The position numbers were made by a program, and so were the translations under genes. From the NCBI GenBank assembly GCA_964016885.1, contig OZ024751.1:33728001-33792000 (forward strand): a stretch of DNA of 64,000 nucleotides, read 5' to 3'. The stretch comes from Eledone cirrhosa. Lineage: Eukaryota. Below, one piece after another: positions 1 through 11,190 of this stretch. A model generated the notes under the pieces. The model searched no databases. It had not been told where the DNA came from and was given only the letters and a program-made list of their open reading frames with translations. Every line of letters begins with the position of its first letter. Position 1 is the first letter of the stretch.

Positions 1-82
1 TTACCAAATACTCCCTGGGAGAAAGATCTTCTGTTGACTGATGTCGATACTACAACTCTATTTTATGAATATTTAGAAATGA
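1..82 (+). CDS. Anoctamin/TMEM16 family gene, internal exon (5' end outside window)
   Basis: Frame 1 reads LPNTPWEKDLLLTDVDTTTLFYEYLEM, with the anoctamin WExD and EYLEM motifs. GTGAGT donor at 83. Confidence 0.93.
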
Positions 83-252
83 GTGAGTAAAATATACGTT
101 GATTCCATTACAGAACAGACACACATTAGTGAATTTTATAGCCTTAAATTATTATTCATCAAATAATGTACAAAGCCGAATTTTTGGCTTTTTGAAGTAC
201 TGAGAATATATATATATATATACAATGATATTAAATAAATGGAAACTATATT

Positions 253-313
253 TATTCTATTATATATATTTCAAGGGTACCAAAAATTTGGTACGCTATC
301 ATCAGATAAAATA
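253..313 (-). ncRNA. Minimal type-I hammerhead ribozyme-like motif, antisense in an anoctamin intron
   Basis: Minus strand: UAUUUUAU-CUGAUGA-U-AGCGUACCAA(AUUU)UUGGUACCCU-U-GAAAU(AUAU)AUA-AUAGAAUA. 8-bp helix I (one G-U), 10-position helix II (one mismatch), 2-bp helix III with palindromic loop, AUA triplet. Confidence 0.7.
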
Positions 314-539
314 CGAAGTGTGTTTTATAAATTTTGACATAACCAAGAAAAATATACCTTAACGGTTCAAGTTTTCCTTGGATATATATAAGTGTAAAGA
401 ATGTGCTCAAGTGCAGAAATGTTATAAAGATAGCTTATAAAATAAGTTGAACACCCTTAAAACACGGAAAAAGAAGTTGCTATATGTTTAATTGATTTAA
501 ACTATAAATATGTGTTCTTAATTATATTTTCTGTTTCAG

Positions 540-692
540 TTCTCCAGTTTGGGTTTCTAACATTATTTGTGGCGGCATTCCCAATTGGTCCACTGTTCTG
601 TTTAATCAACAATATTATAGAAATCAGAGCTGATGCCAATAAATTTGTTACTTCAATAAAACGTCCAACTCCACAAATTGCGACCAATATTG
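540..692 (+). CDS. Anoctamin/TMEM16 exon (TM7-TM8 region)
   Basis: tttcag acceptor; [52 protein letters not shown]; GTAAAT donor at 693. Phase matches the previous exon. Confidence 0.96.
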
Positions 693-939
693 GTAAATAT
701 TTCAGTTTATTTCCATTTTTTTAAATATCTGCATATCAATCAGATATTCTCACTTACAAAACTAAGAAGACTGTTATTCCCAAAAGTACTCAATATATGT
801 TAAGATGTAGAGTTTATATATTTACCCCACAAGTGAGCTCATTCATTTCAGTTCACACCTGGAGCTATCAAATCACTTCCTACTTACCTTGAATGAGGAA
901 GGACATGTTTAATAATATGGCCCTGGTTACACATTACCT

Positions 940-1125
940 GGAACACCTACGATTAAAGGTGAAACTTAATGATAGAAACACCTGGGGTTATAGATGTAAC
1001 TTATTGATTGGAACACCTGTGATTATAGGTGTAACTTAATGACTGAAATACCTGGGATTATAGGTGTAACTTAGTGACTGGAACACCTGTAATTATAGGT
1101 GTAATTTAATGATTGAAACACCTGT
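940..1125. repeat. Degenerate ~35-40 bp tandem repeat, about 5 copies
   Basis: Recurring GAACACCTG...GATTATAGGTGTAACTTAATGA. Confidence 0.7.
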
Positions 1126-1190
1126 TACTTGATATGAGACTGTTAAAATAATTCTTCCATGCCATAATTGTTAATTCTTTAATTTACTAG

Positions 1191-1243
1191 GAATATGGTA
1201 CAGTGTGCTTTACGGTATCTCAAGAATCGCAATTTTATCAAAC
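1191..1243 (+). CDS. Anoctamin/TMEM16 exon
   Basis: tactag acceptor; GIWYSVLYGISRIAILSN; GTAAGT donor. Confidence 0.93.
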
Positions 1244-1449
1244 GTAAGTTTATTTTTTTATAAAATTTAAAATATCTTTAATGTAGGTATCACTACAGTT
1301 TCTATGTACAAGACTTGTATAAGTATAACTATAGTTTTCATGTATAAGACTTGTATAACTAATTTTAATAGATAAGACTTGTTTAAGTTATGGAAAAGGA
1401 ACTAATGTCAACACATTTTTGTTATTCTCTTTGTACATAGAGAAACACA

Positions 1450-1790
1450 TGATTAGCTTTGTTTTACTGTAGAGAATAACAAAAGTGTGAGAGGTAAGTT
1501 TGCTGACATGGAAGGAAATCCTTGAATCAAAAGACCTAGTAGTAAACTTAGTGAAGACTAAAGTCCAGATAAGTAGTAAAGAGGAATCTGATATTGTCAG
1601 ACTGTGTTCAATATGTTGAAAAGGGTGGACAATTCCCTATGGTACACAGTGCTATCTGTGGTTTATTAACCATCTTTCCAACAACAACCCAAAGAACCTT
1701 TTTGAATTCCAGAAGTATGTATTAGGAGCACACATGACATAGCTTGACTCAAATGTCCAGAGGTAGCTGCTATATTTAAAAGACATTTCT
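1450..1790 (+). mobile_element. Degenerate RTE-like LINE ORF2 fragment
   Basis: Broken frame resembling WKEILESKDLVVNLVKTKVQIS, followed by a Cys-rich remnant (CSIC..KG.....WCTQC-like). Confidence 0.5.
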
Positions 1791-1827
1791 CTTTTCTGAA
1801 TCCTATTTTTCCTCTCTTTATTTTCAG

Positions 1828-2003
1828 GCATTCATAATCTGTGTCTCGTCTGATTTTATACCTCAGTTAGTTTACAAACTTGCCTACTCTGAAGACAATA
1901 ATCTGAGTGGCTATGTGGAGAATTCCCTCTCTTATTTTAATACCACTGATATTTCCCATAACAACAAGTCTGTAATCTTCAATAATACTGTACAAATCTG
2001 TCG
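1828..2003 (+). CDS. Anoctamin/TMEM16 exon
   Basis: ttttcag acceptor; AFIICVSSDFIPQLVYKLAYSEDNNLSGYVENSLSYFNTTD...VQICR; GTAAGT donor. Confidence 0.95.
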
Positions 2004-2227
2004 GTAAGTCTACTTTATTCTTTCTATCTATTACTGATTTCAGCTAGGGCACTTCTTTCAGAAGGTGACTAGTTGGTGCAATAGTGGTCTTGTTTACATA
2101 TGTGTGTGTGTGTGTACACCTATATGTATGTATATATACTTCAGTGTATATATGAATCAATCTATCTTCAGTTGTGTCAAAGACATAACCTTCCTAGTGC
2201 AGGTGCCATGATTAGATGGAAATGTAA

Positions 2228-2558
2228 GTGAGATGTGGGCAGTAGGCCTGTCCCAGCACCTCAGTAGAGTGAGATGTGGACAGTAGGCCTGTCCCAGCAC
2301 CTCAGTAGAGTGAGATGTGGGCAGTAGGCCTGCCCCAGCACCTCAGTAGAGTGAGATGTGGGCAGTAGGCCTGTCCCAGCACCTCAGTAGAGTGAGATGT
2401 GGACAGTAGGCCTGTCCCAGCACCTCAGTAGAGTGAGATGTGGGCAGTAGGCCTGTCCCAGCACCTCAGTAGAGTGAGATGTGGGCAGTAGGCCTGTCCC
2501 AGCACCTCAGTAGAGTGAGATGTGGGCAGTAGGCCTGTCCCAGCACCTCAGTAGAGTG
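2228..2558. repeat. 41-bp minisatellite, 8 copies
   Basis: Unit GTGAGATGTGGGCAGTAGGCCTGTCCCAGCACCTCAGTAGA. Confidence 0.97.
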
Positions 2559-2658
2559 CAGAAATATAAGTAAGCCATATGTAGGCCCTTTAGCCTAACT
2601 GAGAGGTCAGAGTGGACTGGGTGTATTTTACCATAGTATCGACACTGACAACTTACAG

Positions 2659-2788
2659 CAGTCATGGGCAACTGCGGCCTGTTTGGCTTTCTAAATGGCC
2701 TAATTTCAGATTGAATTTTTTAGTGTGGCCCACCTTATGATGAGCCATATCCTGTGGCCTACTACTCAAAAAAGGTTGTCCATCCCTG
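2659..2788. mobile_element. hAT-type MITE
   Basis: Ends CAGTCATGGGCAAC ... GTTGTCCATCCCTG. 8-bp flanks ACTTACAG / ATTTACAG (7/8 identical) fit a hAT target-site duplication. Confidence 0.75.
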
Positions 2789-2917
2789 ATTTACAGAGTG
2801 GACTGGGTGCATTGTATTGTGGAATCAACACTGACAATTTACTGGATTTATAAATAAATAATAAATCAATATTAAGAAGTATTATATATATTTATAGAAA
2901 TCAATATTGTATTCCAG

Positions 2918-3023
2918 TTACCGGGATTATCGTAATCCTCCTTGGAGTGAGGATAAATATGAATATTCTGAAAGATTCTGGCATATTTTTGCAGCAAGAA
3001 TGGCTTTTGTTGTTTGTTTTGAG
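2918..3023 (+). CDS. Anoctamin/TMEM16 exon
   Basis: ttccag acceptor; YRDYRNPPWSEDKYEYSERFWHIFAARMAFVVCFE, with the CRYxDYRxPP and WHxxAARxAF motifs; GTTTGT donor. Confidence 0.95.
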
Positions 3024-3054
3024 GTTTGTAAACTATTATCAAGTGTTATCTTAT

Positions 3055-4040
3055 ATTAATATGTCATCATATAAAATACTAATATATGCTTTCATATAAA
3101 ATACTAATATATATGTCATCATATAAAATACTAATATATATGTTATATAAAATACTAATATATATGTCATCATATAAAATATTAATATATGTTGTCATAT
3201 AAAATACTAATATGTATGTCATCATATAAAATACTAATATATATGTCATCATATAAAATACTAATATATATATATGTCATCATATAAAATACTATGTATG
3301 TCATCATATAAAATACTAATATATATGTCATATAAAATACTAATATATATATGTCATCATATAAAATACTAATATGTATGTCATCATATAAAATACTAAT
3401 ATGTATGTCATCGTATAAAATACTAATATATATCTCATATAAAATACTAATATATATGTTATCATATAAAATACTAATATGTATGTTATCATATAAAATA
3501 CTAATATGTATGTCATCATATAAAATACTAATATATGTCATCATATAAACTACTAATATATGTTATCATATAAAATACTAAAATATATGTCATATAAAAT
3601 ACTAATATATATGTCATCATATAAAATACTAATATATGTTATATAAAATACTAATATATATGTCATCATATAAAATACTAATATATGTTATAAAATACTA
3701 ATATATATGTCATCATATAAAATACTAATGTTATCATATAAAATACTAATATGTATGTCATCATATAAAATACTAATATATATGTTATATAAAATACTAA
3801 TAAATATATATGTCATCATATAAAATACTAATATATATGTTATATAAAATACTAATATATATGTCATCATATAAAATACTAATATGTATGTCATCATATA
3901 AAATACTAATATGTATGTCATCATATAAAATACTAATATATATGTCATATAAAATACTAATATATATGTCATCATATAATATACTAATATATATGTCATC
4001 ATATAAATATTAATATGTTATATAAAATTCTAATATATAT
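3055..4040. repeat. AT-rich ~26-30 bp minisatellite
   Basis: Unit approximately ATATGTCATCATATAAAATACTAATAT, with length variants. Confidence 0.95.
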
Positions 4041-4066
4041 TATTGAGTATATATCATATAGTTACA

Positions 4067-4225
4067 GGCATGGCTTTGTAGTTAAGTTTACTTTACAACC
4101 ATGTGGTTTTAGGTTTTGTGTGGAACCTTAAGCGAGTATCTTTACTATAGCTTTAAGTTAACCTCTACCTTATGGGTGGATTTTGCTATGTTGTAACAGT
4201 GCAGAAGCTTGTGTGTGTGTGTGTA
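4067..4225 (+). mobile_element. Degenerate tRNA-derived SINE, family B (related copies ~6066-6330 +, ~62045-62230 + partial, ~60870-61050 -)
   Basis: tRNA-like head followed by a CCTTGTGAGTG..TTTGGTAGACxGAAACTG..GAAGCC-like segment shared among copies. Confidence 0.5.
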
Positions 4226-4407
4226 TATTAAAATATAATTTTTTAAAGTCTCCCTTAAAAAATTGTTTTGTTTTTTTTCCATTGTTGTCTTGTCCTTTCT
4301 TTGTTAATATCTATATATATGTAAAAGGTAAACTGAAATAACAACACAATCGGTACAGTATATGGAAGGGATATAATAGGTTAATGCTTGATATAGCAGG
4401 AAGAGGG

Positions 4408-4450
4408 TGTTAACGTTTCGGACGCTAGTCCTTCATCAGAAGAAAGAATG
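4408..4450 (-). ncRNA. Degenerate hammerhead-core motif in a Penelope-like terminal sequence
   Basis: Minus strand: CUGAUGA-A-GGAC(UAGC)GUCC-GAAACGUUA. Helix I is poor. Flanks are homologous to 27460-27565. Confidence 0.45.
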
Positions 4451-4651
4451 AGAAATAAGATAGATTGAAGGGACGGGTGGGTTGTAATTGGAAAAAATGT
4501 CTTTAGATAAAAATAACAGGTCCATTCATGTTGACATCTCTTGCAAATATATATATGTCCCACCCTTGCAAGCAGGGAAGAGTGGACGTAAAATGATGAT
4601 GCTGATGATCCATGGTGTGTGTTTGATATTTTTCTTTTTCCTCTCTTCTAG

Positions 4652-4885
4652 AATTTTGTTGTTGTATTCACAAGTATAATTGCCTGGTTAATTCCTGATG
4701 TTTCAAGTAAAACAAAAGAACTTATTCGTCAAGAAGCTTATATAACACAGAAAATAATTATGACTGAAGAATTGAAACGAGCTCGTGAGGAATCACGATT
4801 AACAGACAAACCAGATAACACCACATCTGGTGGAGTTACTAGACGGAAACCTAATTTTTTCCCTAATGAAGGTCACACAGCCTAA
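4652..4885 (+). CDS. Anoctamin/TMEM16 terminal coding exon
   Basis: Polypyrimidine tract plus ctag acceptor; NFVVVFTSIIAWLIPDVSSKTKELIRQEAYITQKII...EGHTA*; TAA at 4883-4885. Candidate AATAAA at 5959. Confidence 0.93.
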   Translation, partial: NFVVVFTSIIAWLIPDVSSKTKELIRQEAYITQKIIMTEELKRAREESRLTDKPDNTTSGGVTRRKPNFFPNEGHTA

Positions 4886-5002
4886 ATGTGGATTCTGCTA
4901 CTATAAATGGCTGTACAACATGTTGACATATTTTATATCTGTAATTTATTATTTGTTTTTTTACTGGATTTTGTTTTATTGTGAAATTTTATTTTGTTTT
5001 TA

Positions 5003-5447
5003 TTTAACTCTTAACATCCTGTACCACATGAAACCACATTAGAAAGATATTCTTATAAAGTACAAAACAATACCATGACTGTATCACATTAACTCTTAAA
5101 ATCCTGTACCACATGAAACCACATTAGTAAGACATTCTTGTAGAGTACAAAACAACACCATGACTTATCACATTAACTATTAACATCCTGTACCACATGA
5201 AACCACATTAGCAAGACATTCTTATAGAGTACAAAACAACACCATGACTGTATCACATTAACTATTAACATCCTGTAGCACATGAAACCACATTAGCAAG
5301 ACATTCTTATAGAGTACAAAACAGCATCACATTAAAAGTTGAAAGTCTTTACTTTAATATTGCACATTTTCACAACAATCTGTTCACTGGTAAACAAACC
5401 CATTTATAAATGTTTTATATTAAATCATTACAGGATGTTAAGAGTTG
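5003..5447. repeat. ~85-bp tandem repeat x4 in the anoctamin 3' UTR, derived from a TTAA-flanked MITE end
   Basis: Unit starts TTAACTCTTAACATCCTGTA. An inverted copy TACAGGATGTTAAGAGTTGA lies at ~5429-5448. Confidence 0.75.
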
Positions 5448-6332
5448 ATGTTTTATAAGTTACTTTCATTTACAAAAAGATCTGTCCTCATTTTAAAATT
5501 CAAATTTTGTATCCTTAAAAAATTAAATGTTTAACTCTTTTGATACGAAGCTGCCAAGAACCATCCCAATTCTATAACATTTTGTTTTAAAGTATTCATA
5601 TTTAAATACAATGGAAGAATATTTCTGTTAAGCTATACTTAACACTTGTTTAATAATACCATTAATTGTTTTAACAAATCTCTTCAAATTGTTGATTATT
5701 TACAAATGAATTTAAAAAGCATTTTATTAAAAATACTGTATCAAAAAAATTAAGCATTATATTTTTTTAATATTTTTAGATTTTTTTTTTCTTTTTTTAA
5801 AAATATGATTATTTTTTAATTTTTTTCTTTTTTAAAAAATATTTAATTTAAAAAATATTTAATTTAAAAAATATTTAATTTATTTTTTTTAATGTGAATT
5901 GTCAAATTTTAAATGTATTTTTATGGGTTTTTTTTCTATTTTCATTTATTTTTTATTCAATAAAGAGAAAAAAACCGTAAGAAAGAGAATAGAGAAAGAA
6001 TCTCATTTTGAAAGAAACAAAGTTATTGTGGCTTGGTCTAAAGTAATTGTTTCTATTTTATAGACACAGTAGAGCTAAATGGTTAAATTGTTTACTTTGT
6101 AATCACAAGGTTACGAGTTTATTCTCACTGTGTGTCATTAGTGTCTTTTACCATAGTCTCGGGTGGTCAACACTAGCTGCCTTGTGAGTGACATTGGGTA
6201 GACAGAAACTGTGTGGAAGCCTGGTGGATGAATTGTACCTATAAAGGTTCAGCTGTGTCATTCTGAATCTCCCTGATAATTACATTAATGGTACACGTGT
6301 CTGTGGAATACTCAATTTTATACATTATTTTA

Positions 6333-6523
6333 GGCGGTGTATTGGCAGTATCGGTAGAGGGTCGGACACCATACTTTGCAGCAAATAGTTACGGCCATTT
6401 ATGGTCAGTTCAAATCCTGCCGAGGTTAACTTTGCCTTTCATCCCTACAGGGTCGATAAAATAAAGTACCAGTAATACACTGGAATAATTGCTGGCCTTG
6501 TGCCAAAAGTCGAAACAATTATT
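6333..6523 (+). mobile_element. tRNA-derived SINE, family A
   Basis: A-box-like TGGCAGTATCGG and B-box GTTCAAATCC; core CTTTGCCTTTCATCC..GGGTCGATAAAATAAAGTACCAG; tail GCTGGCCTTGTGCC..GAAACAATTATT. Confidence 0.9.
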
Positions 6524-6814
6524 TTAATGAGTAGATATTCCAGTTAACCAAACAACAGGAAACATTCTTCTTCAAAACTCAAGATCCATTTTTATTTTTA
6601 TTTCAGTTTTGAAATATTTTCTCTTCAAATTAATTTTAGGTTTTCTTGCATTTTTTTAACAAAAACAAAAATCCTGGATTTTTGAATATCAAAACAAAGA
6701 AATTGTTGTCAGTGTTTTTGATATAAAAAATACTGTAATTTGTTATAAATGACAGAATTTGTGAAATACTGAACAAGACAACATATGGTATTTAGTTATA
6801 TTTTAAGATGAAAT

Positions 6815-8281
6815 TCATCCTTACGGGGTCGATAAAATAAAGTACCAGTAATACACTGGGGTAATTGATGGCCTTGTGCCAAAAGTAGAAACAATTATTA
6901 TTATAGGGTGGTGGATTGGTAGTAGAATTAGAGCATCAGACGCCATGCTTCGCAGCATATAGTTTCGGACCTTTACAGTCTGAGTTCAAATCCCGCCGAG
7001 GTTAACTTTACCTTTCATCCTTACGGGGTCGATAAAATAAAGTACCAGTAATACACTGGGTTAATTGCTGGCCTTGTGCCAAAAGTAGAAACAATTATTA
7101 TTGTTATCTCTTGATTATTTTGTATATTATTATTACAGAAATGAAGCATAATTCTTGAAGCATCGAACAAAATACTTATAGTTCTGGCTTTTTATGTTCC
7201 AAGTTCAAATCCTGCCAACATCAACTTTGCCTTTCATCCTTCTGGGGTTGATAAAATAAAGTACCAGTAATACACTGGGGTTGATTTAATTAATTAACTT
7301 TGCCTTTTTCCCAAATTTGTTGGCCTTGGGGCTTAGATTTGAAGTCAGTATGTGCCTAAGCTAGAAACCATTTTAAAAAGAATGGCTGATTGACAGAATT
7401 GGTAGATTGGCTGATTGGCTGATTGGCAGACGAAAATACTTTGCAGCATTTCTTGCTTTTTACATTGAGTTCAAATCCAACCAAGATCATCTTTACCTTT
7501 TATCCTTCTGAGGTCGATAATATTCAATACCAGTCAAGTACTGGGGTCAATATAATCAATACCAGTCAAGTATACTGTGATCAATATAATTAACTCCCCC
7601 TCCCCCAATGTATCAAAATTAGAAAGCATTATTGGTAGTGTCGGACAAAATGTTTCACAGCATAGAGTTACAGCCCTTTACGTTCTGAGTTCCAATCCCG
7701 CCGAGGTTAACTTTGCTTTTCATCCTTACAAGACCGATAAAATGAAGTACCAGTAATGCACCGGGACCGATTTAATCGACTCCCCCCACCCCAAAAATAT
7801 TACTGGCCTTGTGCCTATACTAGAAACCATCATTATTATTACTAATGACAAGTTCTGTAGAAACAACACTGAAGCATGAATATAGCCCCCCCCCCCCACT
7901 AACATCCCCTAAAATATAGGGTCTTTCTGTCTGCTCAATATATATCCCTTTTTATTACACATTTGCTTTATATTATTTTATATTTTCTTTTCTTTATGAA
8001 TGTTATTTTGTCATCAAATTGAGTTTGTTTTTGTGGGTGGGGGTGTTTTGTATTATTTTTTATCTTTAAAAGAAGAGCAAAAATATATTATAGCCCTGCT
8101 TTGGATACAAAAAAACTGCTGGAAATTATTGTTATTGTTATTAATATTTGCCTTTCATCCTTACGGGGTCAATAAAATAAAGTACCAGTCATACACTGGG
8201 TCGATTTAATCGACTTTCACCTCCCTCCCCAAATTACTGGCCTTGAGCCTAAATCAAAAATCATCATTATTATTATTATTT
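6815..8281 (+). mobile_element. Cluster of about 6 further full or partial family A SINEs, same orientation
   Basis: Copies start near 6815 (partial), 6906, 7140, 7383, 7632 and 8147 (partial). Confidence 0.85.
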
Positions 8282-9095
8282 GTAATAGTTTTGTTCTGGC
8301 AGATGTAATACTGACACTACACCAAAAGAGCCATAGCCAATGGCCAAAGGTCTTTTGCATCATTCCTTCTCCTTCTCAACATCCTTCTTAGAATTCTTGC
8401 TGTTCCCAGCAAGGCTGTTTTCTGCAACAATCCTGTCCTGACGGTAATTCCTAGCTTCTCACTCCCTGCATCCAACCTTTTACTAATATCTCCCATTACA
8501 CCAACCACAACTGGTACCACTTCTACATGTCTAACCTACTAAGTTCTTCCAGTACACCAACCACAACTGGTACCACTTCTACATGTCTAACCTACTAAGT
8601 TCTTCCAGTACACCAACCACAACTGGTACCACTTCTACATGTCTAACCTACTAAGTTCTCCCAGTACACCAACCACAACTGGTACCACTTCTACATGTCT
8701 AACCTACTAAGTTCTCCCAGTACACCAACCACAACTGGTACCACTTCTACATGTCTAACCTACTAAGTTCTTCCAGTACACCAACCACAACTGGTACCAC
8801 TTCTACATGTCTAACCTACTAATTACTCCCAGTACACCAACCACAATTGGTACCACTTCTACATGTCTGATTCTCCATAGTTTCCTGATTTCTCTCTTCA
8901 GCTCCTGGTATTTCTCAACTTTCTCATTTTCCTGTGGTCCCACGGTGAAGCAATATCCACAATACTTGCCTTGTTATTCTTGTCTCCAACAACAATGTCA
9001 GGCTTTCTAGCCACGATAAAATGGTCGCAGTGGATGGTTATGTCCCACAAGATCTTGTACTTTATTTTCAGCTACTCCTCATACCATTTCTCACT
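8282..9095 (-). mobile_element. 3' end of an R4/Dong-like non-LTR retrotransposon (restriction-like endonuclease domain)
   Basis: Minus strand: WDITIHCDHFIVARKPDIVV..VDIASPWD..ENEKVEKYQELKREIRKLW..VEVVPIVVGVLG..LLQKTALLGTARILRRML, i.e. the RxPD..D..K PD-(D/E)xK domain. Ends next to a (TAA)n tract. Confidence 0.85.
8497..8868. repeat. 56-bp minisatellite, about 6.5 copies, inside the LINE remnant
   Basis: Unit TACACCAACCACAACTGGTACCACTTCTACATGTCTAACCTACTAAGTTCTTCCAG. Confidence 0.95.
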
Positions 9096-9454
9096 TCTGC
9101 TTCTCTCTTCTTTTCCCCTTAAACTCTGAGAGAGAGGAATCGACCCTCAGTATATAACTGGTACTTTATTTATGGGACTCAAAAGGATGAATTACTGAAT
9201 TAATTGAATCTTGACTATTGTATTACATCTGTAGGTGAGACAGGTAATGTAAGTCATTATATTACATTTGTAGGTGAGACAGGTAACTCCTCTCAACAAA
9301 TTTCTGGCTTTGTGCTTATGTAAGGAAATAATTTTGTTGTTTTGATGGGTTTTTTTAAATACATTATATCTACGTATATAATTTTTTTTCTTTTTACACA
9401 AAATTGAGTCATTTTTTTCTGATTTCCTTCTTCATATTTTATAGCTTCACAATT

Positions 9455-9795
9455 TTAACCCTTTTGATATGATATAAATCTGTTTTAAAGTGTTTATATT
9501 TATCTAAAACCTCCTATTATGATTTTATGTAAAACACTGCATTAAGTTAGGTTAAACAAACTCAACCTAATTTTATTACCTACTCTCTCCAAATTTTTGA
9601 TTATTTAAAAAAAATAGACAGTGTCTTTAGAATATGGTAATGAAAGGGTTAAAGACAGGCTGTGTCTTTCTTTAGAAATATGGTAATGAAAGGTTTAATG
9701 ACATAGACAGTGTCTTTCATTAGAAATATGGTGATGAAAGGGTTAATGACATAGGCAGTGTCTTTCATTAGAAATATGGTAGTGAAAGGGTTAAT
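9455..9795. mobile_element. piggyBac-like MITE (TTAA-CCCTTT...AAAGGG-TTAA, 9455-9652) with 3 extra tandem copies of its right end
   Basis: TTAACCCTTTTGATA left end. Right-end motif GGTAATGAAAGGGTTAA recurs at ~9637, ~9683, ~9730 and ~9778. A similar element lies at ~5531-5753. Confidence 0.6.
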
Positions 9796-9829
9796 AATTG
9801 AAATCAGTGCCTTTGTATTTGTCACAATT

Positions 9830-10670
9830 CACTAACAGGAATCAGTAAGAGTTAGAAGCATTGCCAATGACATTGACCCCTTGGTCATACTTGCCTTTAT
9901 TAAACAATATGTGAATGTAATAAGTGCCAAAGTAATGAAATATGTTTTGGTGAGGGGGGGGGGGGGTCTAATGGAGATGTAAATACTTATGACACTCACT
10001 ACCACAAAGCCTTTCCAGAACTGCATCTCATTATAAGTGCAGGAAACCAAGATGTTATTCTTGTGGTAGCAAAAGACATGAGAGCTTTCTTCCCTGAGAG
10101 GCGGAAAAGATGAAATACTGAACAAGTTCCTGGGGCTGCTGCTTCTATAGTACCAGTCATACCATCAGTTCCATTTCTACTTCCTCCTCACTTCCTGAAG
10201 TTGACAATGCTGAGGTGCCTCCGTCTAATAGAGAAAGCTACATAACAGTTGGTCTCAGAAATGAAAGATTCTGAGATTCTTCCTGTTAAGAGTACAATCC
10301 TACCATCCCATCCATTGGAGATGGTGAGCATGAAATGGAGGAAGGTCAGCAGATTGTTGTAACAGGAATAGAAGAGAAGAATAAAACAGCTCTTCAGGAA
10401 ATCTTTGTAAAAAGATATTAAACAGCACGATTCCTTGAAATACATTCTTACCAGCACCGACAATACTGAGGTACTTAAAATATCTGAACTGGAGGAAGAA
10501 ATCTTATGCAGTATAAAGGATTGCTAGTGAGAGTTACTGGATGAGAAGATCTTATTTCTAATAACAATAGAAATATACTAACAGATAAAGGACTTCTTTC
10601 TGTTCCAAAGATGTGAGAGTTTTTGTTGAAGTCACTGAAGAAGATATTGCTGATCATTAAGAAATAATGT
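9830..10670 (+). pseudogene. Decayed gag-like/ORF1 sequence with a CCHC zinc-knuckle remnant
   Basis: 10021-10095 reads LHLIIS/RKPRCYSCGSKRH/RAFFP across two frameshifts (Cx2Cx4Hx4C remnant). Surrounding frames are broken. Confidence 0.55.
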
Positions 10671-11148
10671 ATGGTGAGTGAGCAGAAATGTGGGGTGTTC
10701 TAATTTGACTTATATTGTTGGTTCCTACCTTTGTGAAGGGGAGTAACTAAATAATTAAAAAAACAATATTATTTCTTATGTTAATTATTTTGTTTTATAA
10801 TGTTTTTATCTGCCTATTGTATAACGTCCTTGGCCCCTCATTTTTATATAACTTTTTCTCCCCAGCCCCTTTTGTATTGTACTCCCTATCTTTATAAGGT
10901 TTACTATGACTAATAAAGACATCATTGATATATTCTATTTATTAATGTTTTTATTGACTGAATCATTGTCATTTATGTTTGTAAGAAATAAAACAAACTT
11001 AGAAATGTTTTCAAATAATGATAGAATTATTTGAAGTAAAACATTTTAGTTTTGAAGTTAATAGAAAGGACATCTCACAGCAAAAAATATATTGATATAT
11101 AAATAAAAATCAGTCACATACACTCACATTTACATTCATACACACACA

Positions 11149-11190
<42 letters not shown>

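Noticed and set aside
6333-6523. tRNA gene
   Set aside because: A/B boxes belong to a multi-copy SINE head; no complete cloverleaf seen.
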